A program made the translations under genes and the position numbers. This document shows positions 22,342-32,300 of a stretch of 54,713 bases of DNA, in pieces (the first letter of the stretch is position 1; each line of letters starts with the position of its first letter). Source of the stretch: Actinomycetota bacterium (GTDB lineage: Bacteria; Actinomycetota; Nitriliruptoria; Nitriliruptorales; Nitriliruptoraceae); NCBI GenBank assembly GCA_018335555.1, contig JAGXST010000221.1:1-54713 (forward strand), written 5' to 3'. The notes beneath the pieces are model-generated. The model ran no database searches. It was not told the DNA's origin and was given only the letters and a program-made list of their open reading frames with translations.

Positions 22342-22377
22342 GTTTCGGTTTGCGCGGAGGTTACGGTTGTTACGGTT
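22342..22377. repeat. Phased 9-bp direct repeats upstream of the BldC-like gene
   Basis: GTTTCGGTT 22342, GTTACGGTT 22360, GTTACGGTT 22369. Confidence 0.65.
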
Positions 22378-22737
22378 CACTGTACCCGGCGCCCCGTCCG
22401 ATGCAACGTGCTGTTCGCTCCGCCTCGGACACGAGATCAGCGGCCCGGTATCCATCCGCTGCCGAACGACCGGGTAGATCACACCCGCCGTGTTCTCGCG
22501 GTGGCAGCACGCGAGCCGGCGGTCTCACTTCCGTGACTTCGCCCCGCTGCACTGCTCACCTGGCCACGCGAGCAACACCCACTCACCCCCGGTCTTGTGC
22601 CCATCCAGCAACACCCGCTGCCGAACTCACCCGAGCCTGACGCCGCCAAACGGCGGACGCGATCCATCCGGCAGTGTCGAGGTCAAGCCTGCCGACGCTG
22701 ACGGGACCGCGTCGCTCGAGGTCCACCGCTTACCCAC

Positions 22738-23166
22738 TCATGACGTCGTGGCGGCGATCCTGATCACTCCTGGTTGGGATCCTCCACCGCAAGACCTGGA
22801 CGTTGTGGTCGTAGACGCTCTCGACCAAGCGACGCAGCTGCTCGAGCGGCCGGCGTCTGGTGTCTGGTCGTGCTCGACGACGGTGTGCACGTACCCCCAG
22901 AGCTCATCGAGTGTGTGAGGGAAGTCGTCAGGGCGAAGGCTCGTGGACCACAGCGCATCGATGCCCCAGTGCGCAACCCCCAGCAGCTGCTCGACCAGTT
23001 GCAGCCGCTCGATCTCATCCAGCAGCCGCTCAACGGACAAGTCCTGCACGGTTGCTCGGTCCCACAGTTCACGGTCGTCGCCGTGCTCGATGTGCTGCAG
23101 GTGCAGCGAGCGCTCGACATGCCGCCGAACATGCGCCAGTTCTTCGTGGGTAAGCGGGTCAGGCAT
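22738..23166 (-). CDS. Hypothetical protein
   Basis: GGAG RBS; helical N-terminus LTHEELAHVRR..LLDEIERL; C-terminus looks atypical. Confidence 0.55.
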   Translation of the reverse strand: MPDPLTHEELAHVRRHVERSLHLQHIEHGDDRELWDRATVQDLSVERLLDEIERLQLVEQLLGVAHWGIDALWSTSLRPDDFPHTLDELWGYVHTVVEHDQTPDAGRSSSCVAWSRASTTTTSRSCGGGSQPGVIRIAATTS

Positions 23167-23413
23167 CGTGGCGATCTCCTAGCTGCGCGTGCACGAACGC
23201 CGGAGGTGACGTGGTTCGATCGTCGGCGCCGCCGTGACGAGTTTGCCCCGAGGGTGCGCGTCCGGCCGCTGTCTCGGTTGACGTGCGCTGCCTGGGCCAG
23301 CCGCGCGGCGGCCGCGGGTGGTCGACGCTGAATCTGTCACCGCAGGCGCTCGTACCAGCCGACCTCGGCCACTGGGCGCTCGCGAACAGCGGCTGACCGT
23401 CTGTTCTGCCTCT

Positions 23414-23779
23414 TCAGTCCGGCTCTTGCCTCGCGCGGTGCGCGTGTGCCCAGGCCAGATCGAGGCCTTCGCGGTTCAGATAGTTGATCGTCTCGTCGTG
23501 GGCTTGGTCGAACAGGTTGATGATGGTTACGGCGAGTCGGTCATGGAGTTGATCGACGGTCTTGCACAGGCGAACGACCGAGGCCGCGAGCTCAAGTGCG
23601 ATGTCACGGTCGGTCTGCATGTCGGTGTGAGCGAACGCGGACGGTTCCCAAATGTCGAGCCAGTCCTCGGCGTCGGCCCGCAGCCGGGCGAGCGTCTCGG
23701 CGTCGACAGGTTCGGTCGTGCTCGCGAGCAGGTGGCGGCGCCATGCGGCACGGATCGCGTCGGTGCGCTCGTCACTCAT
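23414..23779 (-). CDS. Hypothetical protein
   Basis: GAGGAGG RBS; start overlaps the upstream gene. Confidence 0.6.
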   Translation of the reverse strand: MSDERTDAIRAAWRRHLLASTTEPVDAETLARLRADAEDWLDIWEPSAFAHTDMQTDRDIALELAASVVRLCKTVDQLHDRLAVTIINLFDQAHDETINYLNREGLDLAWAHAHRARQEPD

Positions 23780-24344
23780 CCGCTTCCTCCTCTTCGGATG
23801 GCCCCCGTTCCACACGGCCGGCGGCATCTTCTGGGTCGCCATTCGCGGCACGGTCGCCCGGTGCTGCCCGCATGTCGTCCGCGACGGGGGCATCGCTGAC
23901 CGGTGGCGTCAGTTGGTGCAGTCGCTGCTCGAGCTCGTCAGTGAACGCTTCGAGATCGGTTTCGGGCCACACTTCGACGGCGTTGCCGGCTTCGTCGACG
24001 AAGCGGTGTTCGCCTTCCATGCTGGCGAGCAGCTGTCTGGCGAGCCGGGTCGGATCGTCACCGGCGAGGAGGAGCAGTGCAGCCGCGTTGACGAGCCTGG
24101 CCAAGGCGCGTGCATCGTCGACCGCAGTGTCTGGCGGCTCGGTGTCGATGACGGCCTGGATGAGCCGCCGCCCGGCGACGATGGTGGTGCTCACGCCGGT
24201 CAACAACTTGAACTCCTGGGTGGGCTGCGTCAGGAGGTAGCTCAGGTCAAACCGCAACTTCACCAACTCGCTCTGGCTCAGCTCGGCGGTGTCGCCGACG
24301 ATCCAGTCGCCCAGTTCGGTCTGCAGTCGGACGCGCACATTCAT
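23772..24344 (-). CDS. Hypothetical protein
   Basis: GAGG RBS before ATG 24344; co-oriented with the transposition operon. Confidence 0.6.
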   Translation of the reverse strand: MNVRVRLQTELGDWIVGDTAELSQSELVKLRFDLSYLLTQPTQEFKLLTGVSTTIVAGRRLIQAVIDTEPPDTAVDDARALARLVNAAALLLLAGDDPTRLARQLLASMEGEHRFVDEAGNAVEVWPETDLEAFTDELEQRLHQLTPPVSDAPVADDMRAAPGDRAANGDPEDAAGRVERGPSEEEEADE

Positions 24345-24388
24345 ACGGGTTCCTCTTCGGCGAGCATGAGCGTGCATCGGACGTCGTT

Positions 24389-25048
24389 CTACGGTCGCGG
24401 CTGGCCACAACTTCTTGCTGCCGTGAAGGCGACAGCGGCTGGTCCATTCAGCACGAACCCGTCGTCTTCCTCCTTGATGAGACCGGCGCGGAGCAACGAC
24501 GCGAGCGCACGGCTCCGCGAGTGGGAGAGACGTTGCCGATCGAGCGACCCGTTGGCGATCGCCGCAACGACCTCCTCCTCCGGTCCGGTCAGATGCCCTG
24601 CGGCGAGCCGGTCGCTGACTTCCTCGAACACGCGGGGCAGCCCCGGGACGTCATCACATGCAACGAGCTCGAGGTGGCCGGGCTCGGTCTCGGCGACGGT
24701 CATGCCGATCTGCTCGAGCTTCGCGCGAAGCGCAGGTAGGGCGCCGTCAGCCGCAGCCGCACGAACATCGACATCTCGCAGCCGGCCGGTTCGCACGAGC
24801 TCGGCCCCGAGCCGCTCAACGTCGGTCGCGTCGGCCGCAGCGTCCTCGCGCTTTTCCAGGTCCGTCCACGTGAGGCCGAGGGCCGTCAACAGCGTCTGCA
24901 CCAACCTGAGCGGCCAGTTCCCGAGGTCGCCTCCGTTCTCGAGGGCCTGCACCGCTCCGATGCGGCAGCCGACTTGGTCTGCCAGCTCACGCCGAGAGAG
25001 CGCGAGCTCCAGACGTCGCCGTTCGATGAGTCCGCTGACGTTACGCAC
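24389..25048 (-). CDS. XRE HTH plus winged-helix protein in the transposition operon
   Basis: LIERRRLELALSRRELADQVG..LENG; C-terminal LASLLRAGLI wHTH-like; 8-nt overlap with upstream gene. Confidence 0.75.
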   Translation of the reverse strand: MRNVSGLIERRRLELALSRRELADQVGCRIGAVQALENGGDLGNWPLRLVQTLLTALGLTWTDLEKREDAAADATDVERLGAELVRTGRLRDVDVRAAAADGALPALRAKLEQIGMTVAETEPGHLELVACDDVPGLPRVFEEVSDRLAAGHLTGPEEEVVAAIANGSLDRQRLSHSRSRALASLLRAGLIKEEDDGFVLNGPAAVAFTAARSCGQPRP

Positions 25049-26201
25049 CGGTCCACTCGATTCCGAGGTCTCGTAGCTGCTGGGTCGCGTCGACGTGGCG
25101 TCGACGCAGGTGGTTGCCGATCGTTGGCGCGAGGTGGTCAGTGGCCGCTAGCCGTATCCAGCGGCCGACGGTGCGTTCGTCGAGCGCCGTCCGCGTCGGG
25201 TCGACCATCAAAGGTTCGTCTCCGGTCGCACGGTCGACGGTGACCCGTGCGGCGGTTGCGACCCGGAGGAGCTGCGCGACCGGCGGTGGCAGCGAACCTG
25301 TCGCGCGCAGTGCCTCCGCGGAGTCGATGGTGAGCGCGAGGATGTCGTCGACGGCCCAACCCAGCACCCCGAGGCACTGGGATGTTGCACGGTTCGCGTC
25401 GACCTGCGCCGTCATCCGCTGCCACAGCGGATCGTCGCTGGCTGCGAGCAGCGGTGCGCCCGCGCGCTGAAGGACGACGTGCGGGTCGAAGCTCACAGTC
25501 GCTCCGGCCGACCACGCCGCGACACGGATGGCGTGGAGTGACACCAACAGTTCGTCTGGGCTGCTGGAGCTCGCCCCGGCGGACCATAGGAGCCGGAGGA
25601 CCTCCTGCGGATCCTGCGCCGCCAGGGGCTCGCGGGCCGTCTCGAGCGCCTCCTCGTAGCGCCGCTGGACCTGCCGCACGGCGTCCGGGGGCATCGACCG
25701 CTGGCACGCGGCCAGGAAGGTCAGCGTCCCCGTGTGGGGCACCCGAGGCAGCCGGGAACTGGTCGACCCACCGCGCCGCGGAGCGGGACTGGGCGCGTCC
25801 GTCGGGTCGGCGAACTCGGCCTCCAACTCTGCCATGATCGCCTCGTACCCATCTGTCCGCGTCGTTCGTTCGAGCAGGACGATGTCGGCCACCAGCTCAC
25901 GGAGCAGCAACAGGTAGGCGCACAGCGCCTCGGGGTGCGCCAGCTGCGGGTTCACGAGCACAACGCGATCGACACCGACCCCGGAAGTCCAAGCCCGCCA
26001 CCACCGCTCGAGCCGTGCGGCTCCACGACGCCCTCGCAGCTCCTCGACGTCCAGTCGCATAGCGGCGAGCTGCTCGGTCAGGAGCACCGAATGGCGTCGC
26101 GTGTCCGGCGCGACCGCGACCACCGGGGCGTGCAGGCTCGTCGTACCGCGCCAGGCCCGGTGCTCGGCCACGTCACGTGACTTGCTGATCCGGACGATCA
26201 T
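25041..26201 (-). CDS. Unknown protein in the TniQ/TnsD position; candidate target selector
   Basis: ATGA overlap with tnsC stop; no TniQ Zn-finger; apparent degenerate AAA N-half and tyrosine-recombinase-like C-half. Confidence 0.6.
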   Translation of the reverse strand: MIVRISKSRDVAEHRAWRGTTSLHAPVVAVAPDTRRHSVLLTEQLAAMRLDVEELRGRRGAARLERWWRAWTSGVGVDRVVLVNPQLAHPEALCAYLLLLRELVADIVLLERTTRTDGYEAIMAELEAEFADPTDAPSPAPRRGGSTSSRLPRVPHTGTLTFLAACQRSMPPDAVRQVQRRYEEALETAREPLAAQDPQEVLRLLWSAGASSSSPDELLVSLHAIRVAAWSAGATVSFDPHVVLQRAGAPLLAASDDPLWQRMTAQVDANRATSQCLGVLGWAVDDILALTIDSAEALRATGSLPPPVAQLLRVATAARVTVDRATGDEPLMVDPTRTALDERTVGRWIRLAATDHLAPTIGNHLRRRHVDATQQLRDLGIEWTGA

Positions 26202-26944
26202 CGTGCCCGCTTCTTGCGGTGGTGGATCGCTGCAGCCGCGATCTTGCGGTCCACGGTGTCGAACTTCCGAGGGACCATCTCGTGGATCTCCGCGACGGCT
26301 CGGAGGAAGCGAGCCCACTCGCGGAGGGAACCCCCACACTCCTCGGCGTCGACCTTCAGGATGAGCTCGTGGGGGCTGTGCGCGAACCACGGGTGCAGCC
26401 CCCGGACGGTCGTCACGAGGTCCTCGCCCTGCAATCGGGGGACCTTGAGGATCTGTTCGCAGCGGCTGCTGAGATGTTCGTATCGCTGCAGTTTCGTCAC
26501 GAGCTTCGGTGCGCCGACCAGCAGCAACGTCCAGGTCGCGTCCTCGTGGCCGTGCAGGTGGCTGAGTTGGTCGAGCGCGACGTCGTCCAATCCGTGGACC
26601 TCGTCGATGATCACGATGCATTCACGATCGGCGAGCACCTCACGCAACATCGCCGCAAGCACGTACGTCTCGCCGTTGACAAGCTTGCCCGTCAGCTCGT
26701 GCAGCAACGACACGAGCACCTCCTTGCGCGCCGGCCGGCGTGCAAGGGAGATGTAGAACGTTTCCGCAGCGGTCTGTCGCGCGAGGTGTTCGGTCAGGTA
26801 GGTCTTGCCGACCCCGGACGGGCCGGCGATGGCTCCTACGTCCTGGTACGCGTGCACGCGTTCGACCAAGCTGCGGACCAGTTCGTAGGTGACGTTGGGC
26901 ACCAGCCGTGGTTCGGCGTTGGGGTGCGCGATGACGTGCCGCAT
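26198..26944 (-). CDS. tnsC: TnsC/TniB-like AAA+ ATPase
   Basis: Walker A GPSGVGKT, Walker B IIDEVH, LLLVG, LSSR arginine finger; TGATG coupling to transposase. Confidence 0.9.
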   Translation of the reverse strand: MRHVIAHPNAEPRLVPNVTYELVRSLVERVHAYQDVGAIAGPSGVGKTYLTEHLARQTAAETFYISLARRPARKEVLVSLLHELTGKLVNGETYVLAAMLREVLADRECIVIIDEVHGLDDVALDQLSHLHGHEDATWTLLLVGAPKLVTKLQRYEHLSSRCEQILKVPRLQGEDLVTTVRGLHPWFAHSPHELILKVDAEECGGSLREWARFLRAVAEIHEMVPRKFDTVDRKIAAAAIHHRKKRAR

Positions 26945-28395
26945 CAGAGCAACTCCAGCTGTGCAACTTCGGACTCGTTGAAGCCTGCAAGCAGCTCTGC
27001 AAAGGCATCAGCGCCGTCGGCCGCGAGAGAGTCGATCTCGTCGACGTCGCCGATCGGGGTGTGCTGCCTCGCGCGCTCGATCTTCCGCTTGCTCATCCGT
27101 CGCCTGACCTGCTGCGCCGCGAAGCGATTCTCGGTTCGCTCGTGCAGGAATGCTTCGCGATCGCCGGCGCTCATCGCCGACTTCTCGATCGCGGTGCACA
27201 GATGACGCCCCTCGCGGAACACCTCGATCGTGTTGAGGTCGTTGGGGATGTAGCGCACCTCGACGGTGAGGCCATGGCACGTCGATAGCGCGTCCGCTGC
27301 ATAGGTGCCACCTCGGAACGTCACGCCGCGGCTGTCGACCTTCCGAGGCTTGCTGGCCCGGACCATCGCCTCGTAGACGGCGTGCTTGGGGGCAGCGCGG
27401 AGCGCGGTCGTGTCGTGCAACCAGGCCTGCCACGGTGTGGATCGGATGGCTGAGTGGACCCGATCGAAGTTGTAGTGGTCGATGTACTCGGCCAACCGCT
27501 GTTGGAGCACGTCGAGGCCGACGGTCTCGCCCGTGTTGTAGGGCTTGTCACGCAGATCCTTCGGGCCTCGGGTCGACCCCAACAGGAAGTCGATGCACTC
27601 GGCCTTCACCGTCCGGAACCAGCGTTCGATCTTGCCCTTCCGATGAGGTGAGAACGGCGGGAGCGCGATGCCCAAGGTGCGGAACGCATCAGTCGTGGCG
27701 ACGACGGTCTCTGAGAGGAACTCCAGGCCACGGTCCCACACGACCAGCTCGGGAACGCCGCCCACACGCTCACCGTCCGGTCCGCGACACCCATAGAACC
27801 CCATCAGCAGGGCCTCGCGGACCGACGCCGCATCGGGGCGGTCGATGGTGAGTGCCCACCCCACGAGGAAACGGGTTCCGACATCGATGACGGAGGTGAT
27901 CCAAACCTCGACCGGATCGCCGCCGTCGCCGAGCGACACGCGGAGGGGGAGGTGCGCGTGGTCCATCTGCCAGGTGTGGTTGCGCGGGCGGTCCTCGGCG
28001 GTCAGGTAGATCTGTCTCTCTCGGATACCGCGTGCGCCCTTGCGGAGCGACGCGAGAGTCAGCTTGCCGATGTCGCGCTCCGCGGCGCGCTTCCAGGTGC
28101 TCGCCGACGGCACCTCTACGCCCTGCATCTCGAGGTGCTTGCGGGCGGTCTCGACCGCGCCCCGTGTGATGTAGATGACCTCGATGTGATCGTCCGTGAG
28201 CTCGTACGCGCCCGTGCTAGGGAGCGTGCCGTCCTCGCGGAACCTCTTGACGGTGCGCCAGACCTGCCGCTCGGTGTAGCCGACGGCGGCGGCGATCTCC
28301 CGGACGACGCAGGAGGTACCGGGGGCATCGGGCGCCAGTTCGGCGGCGCGCGATCGGATCTCATCGGCCAGTGCATCGATCTTGAACCCGCTCAT
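26944..28395 (-). CDS. tnsB: TnsB/Mu-like DDE transposase
   Basis: WQMDH, VWDRGLEF, KGKIERWF DDE triad; YNFDRVHS..TP; Mu-like C-terminal VEVRYIPNDL; N-terminal HTH. Confidence 0.93.
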   Translation of the reverse strand: MSGFKIDALADEIRSRAAELAPDAPGTSCVVREIAAAVGYTERQVWRTVKRFREDGTLPSTGAYELTDDHIEVIYITRGAVETARKHLEMQGVEVPSASTWKRAAERDIGKLTLASLRKGARGIRERQIYLTAEDRPRNHTWQMDHAHLPLRVSLGDGGDPVEVWITSVIDVGTRFLVGWALTIDRPDAASVREALLMGFYGCRGPDGERVGGVPELVVWDRGLEFLSETVVATTDAFRTLGIALPPFSPHRKGKIERWFRTVKAECIDFLLGSTRGPKDLRDKPYNTGETVGLDVLQQRLAEYIDHYNFDRVHSAIRSTPWQAWLHDTTALRAAPKHAVYEAMVRASKPRKVDSRGVTFRGGTYAADALSTCHGLTVEVRYIPNDLNTIEVFREGRHLCTAIEKSAMSAGDREAFLHERTENRFAAQQVRRRMSKRKIERARQHTPIGDVDEIDSLAADGADAFAELLAGFNESEVAQLELL

Positions 28396-28919
28396 CAGGC
28401 TGCCTCCGCCAGGAGGTCCACCGGGATTGGCTGCCCGACACCGGGCGCTGACTTCAGGACTGCGCGGGTTGGGTCGAGCAGCGTCAGGCACCGGACGCCA
28501 GCGAACCGCTCGCCGAGGTAGTGACGGCCGAGGCGTGCGTAGCGATCGGTCTGGCGGCCCCCGGAACCTTCGATGGCCAGTTGCGTGACGAGCCCGGACT
28601 TCACCTCGTCGAACAGGTAGCGGTACCCGTCGGACCAAACGACGTCGATGCGGCTGTCGCCGATCGCCATCTCGGTGGTGACGACGTGCCACGGCCGACC
28701 GAGCGCGAACCGCCAGAAATACGAGCGGATGCCGGCGCCAATGCGCTGACGGAACGCGCGGTCGTTGACGTTCGGCGACTTGGTGCTCGGCGTCAGCGAG
28801 ACCACGAGGCGATCGATCTCCACTGTGGTCGGCATCGTGCCCCGCTGGAGGAGGTCGCAGATGCCGCGGTGGACGAGCACACCCGCGGTGAGGGGTTCGG
28901 AGGTGAGGTTCTTGTTCAT
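28395..28919 (-). CDS. RecB-family PD-(D/E)xK nuclease in the TnsA position
   Basis: GVLVH, TEM, RIDVV, DEVKSG, QTDRY motifs; TGATG coupling to tnsB. Confidence 0.75.
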   Translation of the reverse strand: MNKNLTSEPLTAGVLVHRGICDLLQRGTMPTTVEIDRLVVSLTPSTKSPNVNDRAFRQRIGAGIRSYFWRFALGRPWHVVTTEMAIGDSRIDVVWSDGYRYLFDEVKSGLVTQLAIEGSGGRQTDRYARLGRHYLGERFAGVRCLTLLDPTRAVLKSAPGVGQPIPVDLLAEAA

Positions 28920-28968
28920 GCGGCGGGACCGTCCCGCCCAGCAGCGAGACGGCAGTCGCCATGACCGC

Positions 28969-28995
28969 AGTATGTGCTCCATAGGAGCACATACT
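28969..28995. promoter_or_regulatory. Perfect 12-bp inverted repeat, candidate operator
   Basis: AGTATGTGCTCC-ATA-GGAGCACATACT between the divergent transposition and ATPase/helicase operons. Confidence 0.7.
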
Positions 28996-29318
28996 TGCAC
29001 AAGTCGTGGCTGAGTTTGCCCTACGGCCTTTTCCGGCTGAAGGGCCATCGTGGCGTGCTCTGTGAGTCATCGCCAGGAGCTGGCGGTGGCGGCCGCTGCG
29101 ATGTTTCGGGCTGGCCCCGGGAGCCCTTGCTTGGGGCCGTACAGGGTGTCGATGCCGCGGCCCGCTGACTTGCGGTGTTGCCGGACATCCCAGGCTCCTC
29201 CGGCGTGCATGGTCCGGTCTCGCGGAACCGACCCGCCGTGTCGCACCATCGGCATAGTCTGCGTTCCAGAGTCGCAGTAGGAGCGTGCTGTGGCTGGGAC
29301 CGACCACTGGGGAAACTT

Positions 29319-32300
29319 GTGGGGCGCAGTCGGCGGATAGCGGACGAGAAGTACGAGTTCTTACCGGCCTTGACGGTCGACCAGGACCATGCACGCGGGC
29401 TGCTTCGGGCAGCGTGGCGGGAGTTGCCCCGAACGGCGGGCTCCGAGCTGCTGCGCAGGGCCTGCCACTCCTCGACGTTCAAGACGGCGATGCACCGGAT
29501 GAACCTCAAGGCTGTGCCGCCGAAGCTGGGGCAGGCGCTGAGGACTCCGCAGGGGTGGCGAGTCGCGGTCGAACTTGGCAGGCACCTGCACCGCACGGTC
29601 GCCCGCGACGAGCGTTTCAACCGGTACGCGGCCAGCCTGGTCGGAATGTGGGCGCTGGCAGACGAGATCGAGCGGCAGTTCGACAGCCAGCATGTCGCGA
29701 CGCTTTGGTTGACGTGGGTGTACGGCGGGTTCCCGGGCGACCCGCTACTGCTGCCGACCCAGATGCTGCTGCGCAGCTCAAGGTGGCAGCTGGAACAGGT
29801 GGCCCGCACGCCAGCGCCCTTCGGGTGCGACCAAGGTCAGCTCGCCCAGGACCTGGCGTCAGGCACGTTGACCCATCCGGGAGCGCAGCTGCCTGCAGCG
29901 GAACTGGCCGCGCTGCTGCTGCTCGATGCGCGCGACGAGCACGACACCGTCGCCTGGGTGACCGGCACCCCTGGCACAGGTGAGAAGCCGGATCTGGACG
30001 GTGCTCAGCGGCTTTACCCAATGCAGGAGGAGGAGCTGCTGCGGGTCGCTGCGGGCGACGAGCCCTTGCCCTCCTTGGACCGGATACTCGAGAAGGTGGG
30101 TGACATCGTGGACGGGGTTTCGTCCGACGAGCACTCGTCGGACGACGGCCTGATCGACGGCGCCGAGAACCTCGAAGACAAGCCGCTCGACGACGAGTTG
30201 CTACCCAGCGAGGACGACGAGGACAACGTCGACGGACGTCTGGGTCCGGACAGTGTCGCGCCTGTCGAAGGGCTGGTGGACGGCCTTGTCTCTGCTGCAG
30301 CGACTGAGGAAGACGCGGACGAGGATCCGAGGCGCGGACTGCAAGCCGCCTACGACGCGCTGGCTCGCGAGCTCCAGACGGCCCAGGCGGCGATGCGCGT
30401 ACGGCGGCTGCCTGGCGTTGAGTTGCTGACCGCCTATGCGAGGTTGCACCAGCGCGTCGCTGAGACGATCGGGAGCAGCGCCCTCGACGTCGAGAACGTC
30501 ACCCTCGATGAGCTGCTTGACCGGCTTGCGCCATCCGACCCCAAGGAAGTGCTGCTGGACCGGCTTGAGCGGTGCGGCACATCCGAGACGCCGATCAGCA
30601 ACACGCTCCAGGCGGGGTTGACGACGTTGCGGGAGCTGTGCGCAGCGATCCGGACCGACCTGGCCCGCACCGGGCCCGACGGTCAGCCGCTGCGCAACGC
30701 GCTCGTCAAGCTGGCTGAACTGCTCGACAGCGACCAGACCCCGTCAGCCGATGCAGTGATGCAGCTGCTGCCGGCGCTGCCGCAGCAGCTCAACGTCGTC
30801 GCGTTCGCCGCGTCGCACGGCAAGCTGACGCTGGGCAGCCCGCTGGTCGGCGCGGCGCCGACAGCTGCCACGACCGGCATCGACCGGCAGCCCGCGAATG
30901 ACAACGTCGCTGCGGACGACGAGACGCCTAGGGATGTCGACGCGGATGACGGGGCCGCACCTGCCGCGGACCCGCCCGCGACGTCGGCAGATTCTGACCC
31001 GCAGCCTGGAGAGGACACCGCAGACAACACCGACGTGCCCGACCCGGACGGCGACGACACCGCAGCGGTTGAAGTCATCGACGATCTCGAAGAGGATTCC
31101 AGGCCCTCCGGCGGTGCATCCAGCGACGAGGAGCGCGACGACGAGCCGGTTGCGGGCCCGTCGGCCCCGTCCGAAGCGACTGAGGGGCAGGGCGACGAGG
31201 ATCAGGACGACGTCGAGCCGGACCAGCAGGCGGACGAGGAGCTTGTTGAGCAGCCTGACACAGAGCTGGAGCTGCCCGACCACGACGATGTCGAGGAGCT
31301 GCTCGCAGCGACACTGCAGCACGGTGATGTCGCCGCAGCGCACTGGATCGCTGCCGAGTACGACGAGGAGCCCGGCCGGGCCACCGCGTTCAAGCTGCTG
31401 GCGCTCGCGCCACACACCCGGCGCGACTCGGGCCCGACGACCAGTGAGCTGACCCAGAGCGCCGCGCGGGTCCCCGACGGGCAGTTGGCTGCGGACGGCC
31501 CGACCCGGGCGGTCAGCGTCGCGGCGGTGGTGCGGGCCGGGTTCGCAGCCCCCTGGGCCATGCAGACCTTGCTGGACCGTGCGGTCGACGAGCTCGGCAC
31601 AACCCCGGCGATTCGCCACCTGCTGGAAGCGGCGCGGGACGCGGCCCGTGCCGGGGTCCGGCTCGGCGCGTCCGTCGCTGGTGACGCCGGCGTCGACATC
31701 GACGCGGAGGCGGCCCGGCTCGCACGCCAGGCCGCGCAGCTGCTCGAGGAAGGTCCGGGCCGCACCTCCGGCTACCACGCCGCGACCCGGGTGTGGCAGT
31801 TGTGGATCGACCCGGATCACGACGACGGGTGGCTCGCGCGGCTGCTCGTCATCGTCGCCGGTGACAAGCGGCGCCAGCTGCGGCACGTCAAGCAACAGCG
31901 GGCCGAGACCGAGACGGATCGTCAGCTCGTCGCGCTCATGAACGAGACCGACAAGCGCGATCGCGGCAACGAGCACCGCGACATCGAGTACCACGGCCGG
32001 GACTCGCTGCTGCGGCGCACCAAGACATGTCTGGCCGTCATCGACGACTGGGCCGAGCTGATCGACACAGCTCAGCAGGCCGAAGCGTTCAGCCATGAAG
32101 AGCAAGCTGCCGCGACTCTGCACCGCGCGATCAACGAGTACGAACAGGCGGCACTGGACGAGCTCCGCCAGGTCGGTGAGGGCGCCTTGGCGGCCGCCGC
32201 GACCGCGCTGGCCTGCACAGCGCTGGCGGACACGCTCAAGGAACTGCGGACCGGTCGAGCGCCGAGCGGACGCGAACCGCAGCCGGCTGCGCTGCTGGTC

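Noticed and set aside
30870-31290. Repeat region within the giant ATPase
   Set aside because: Acidic low-complexity linker with no discrete nucleotide repeat unit
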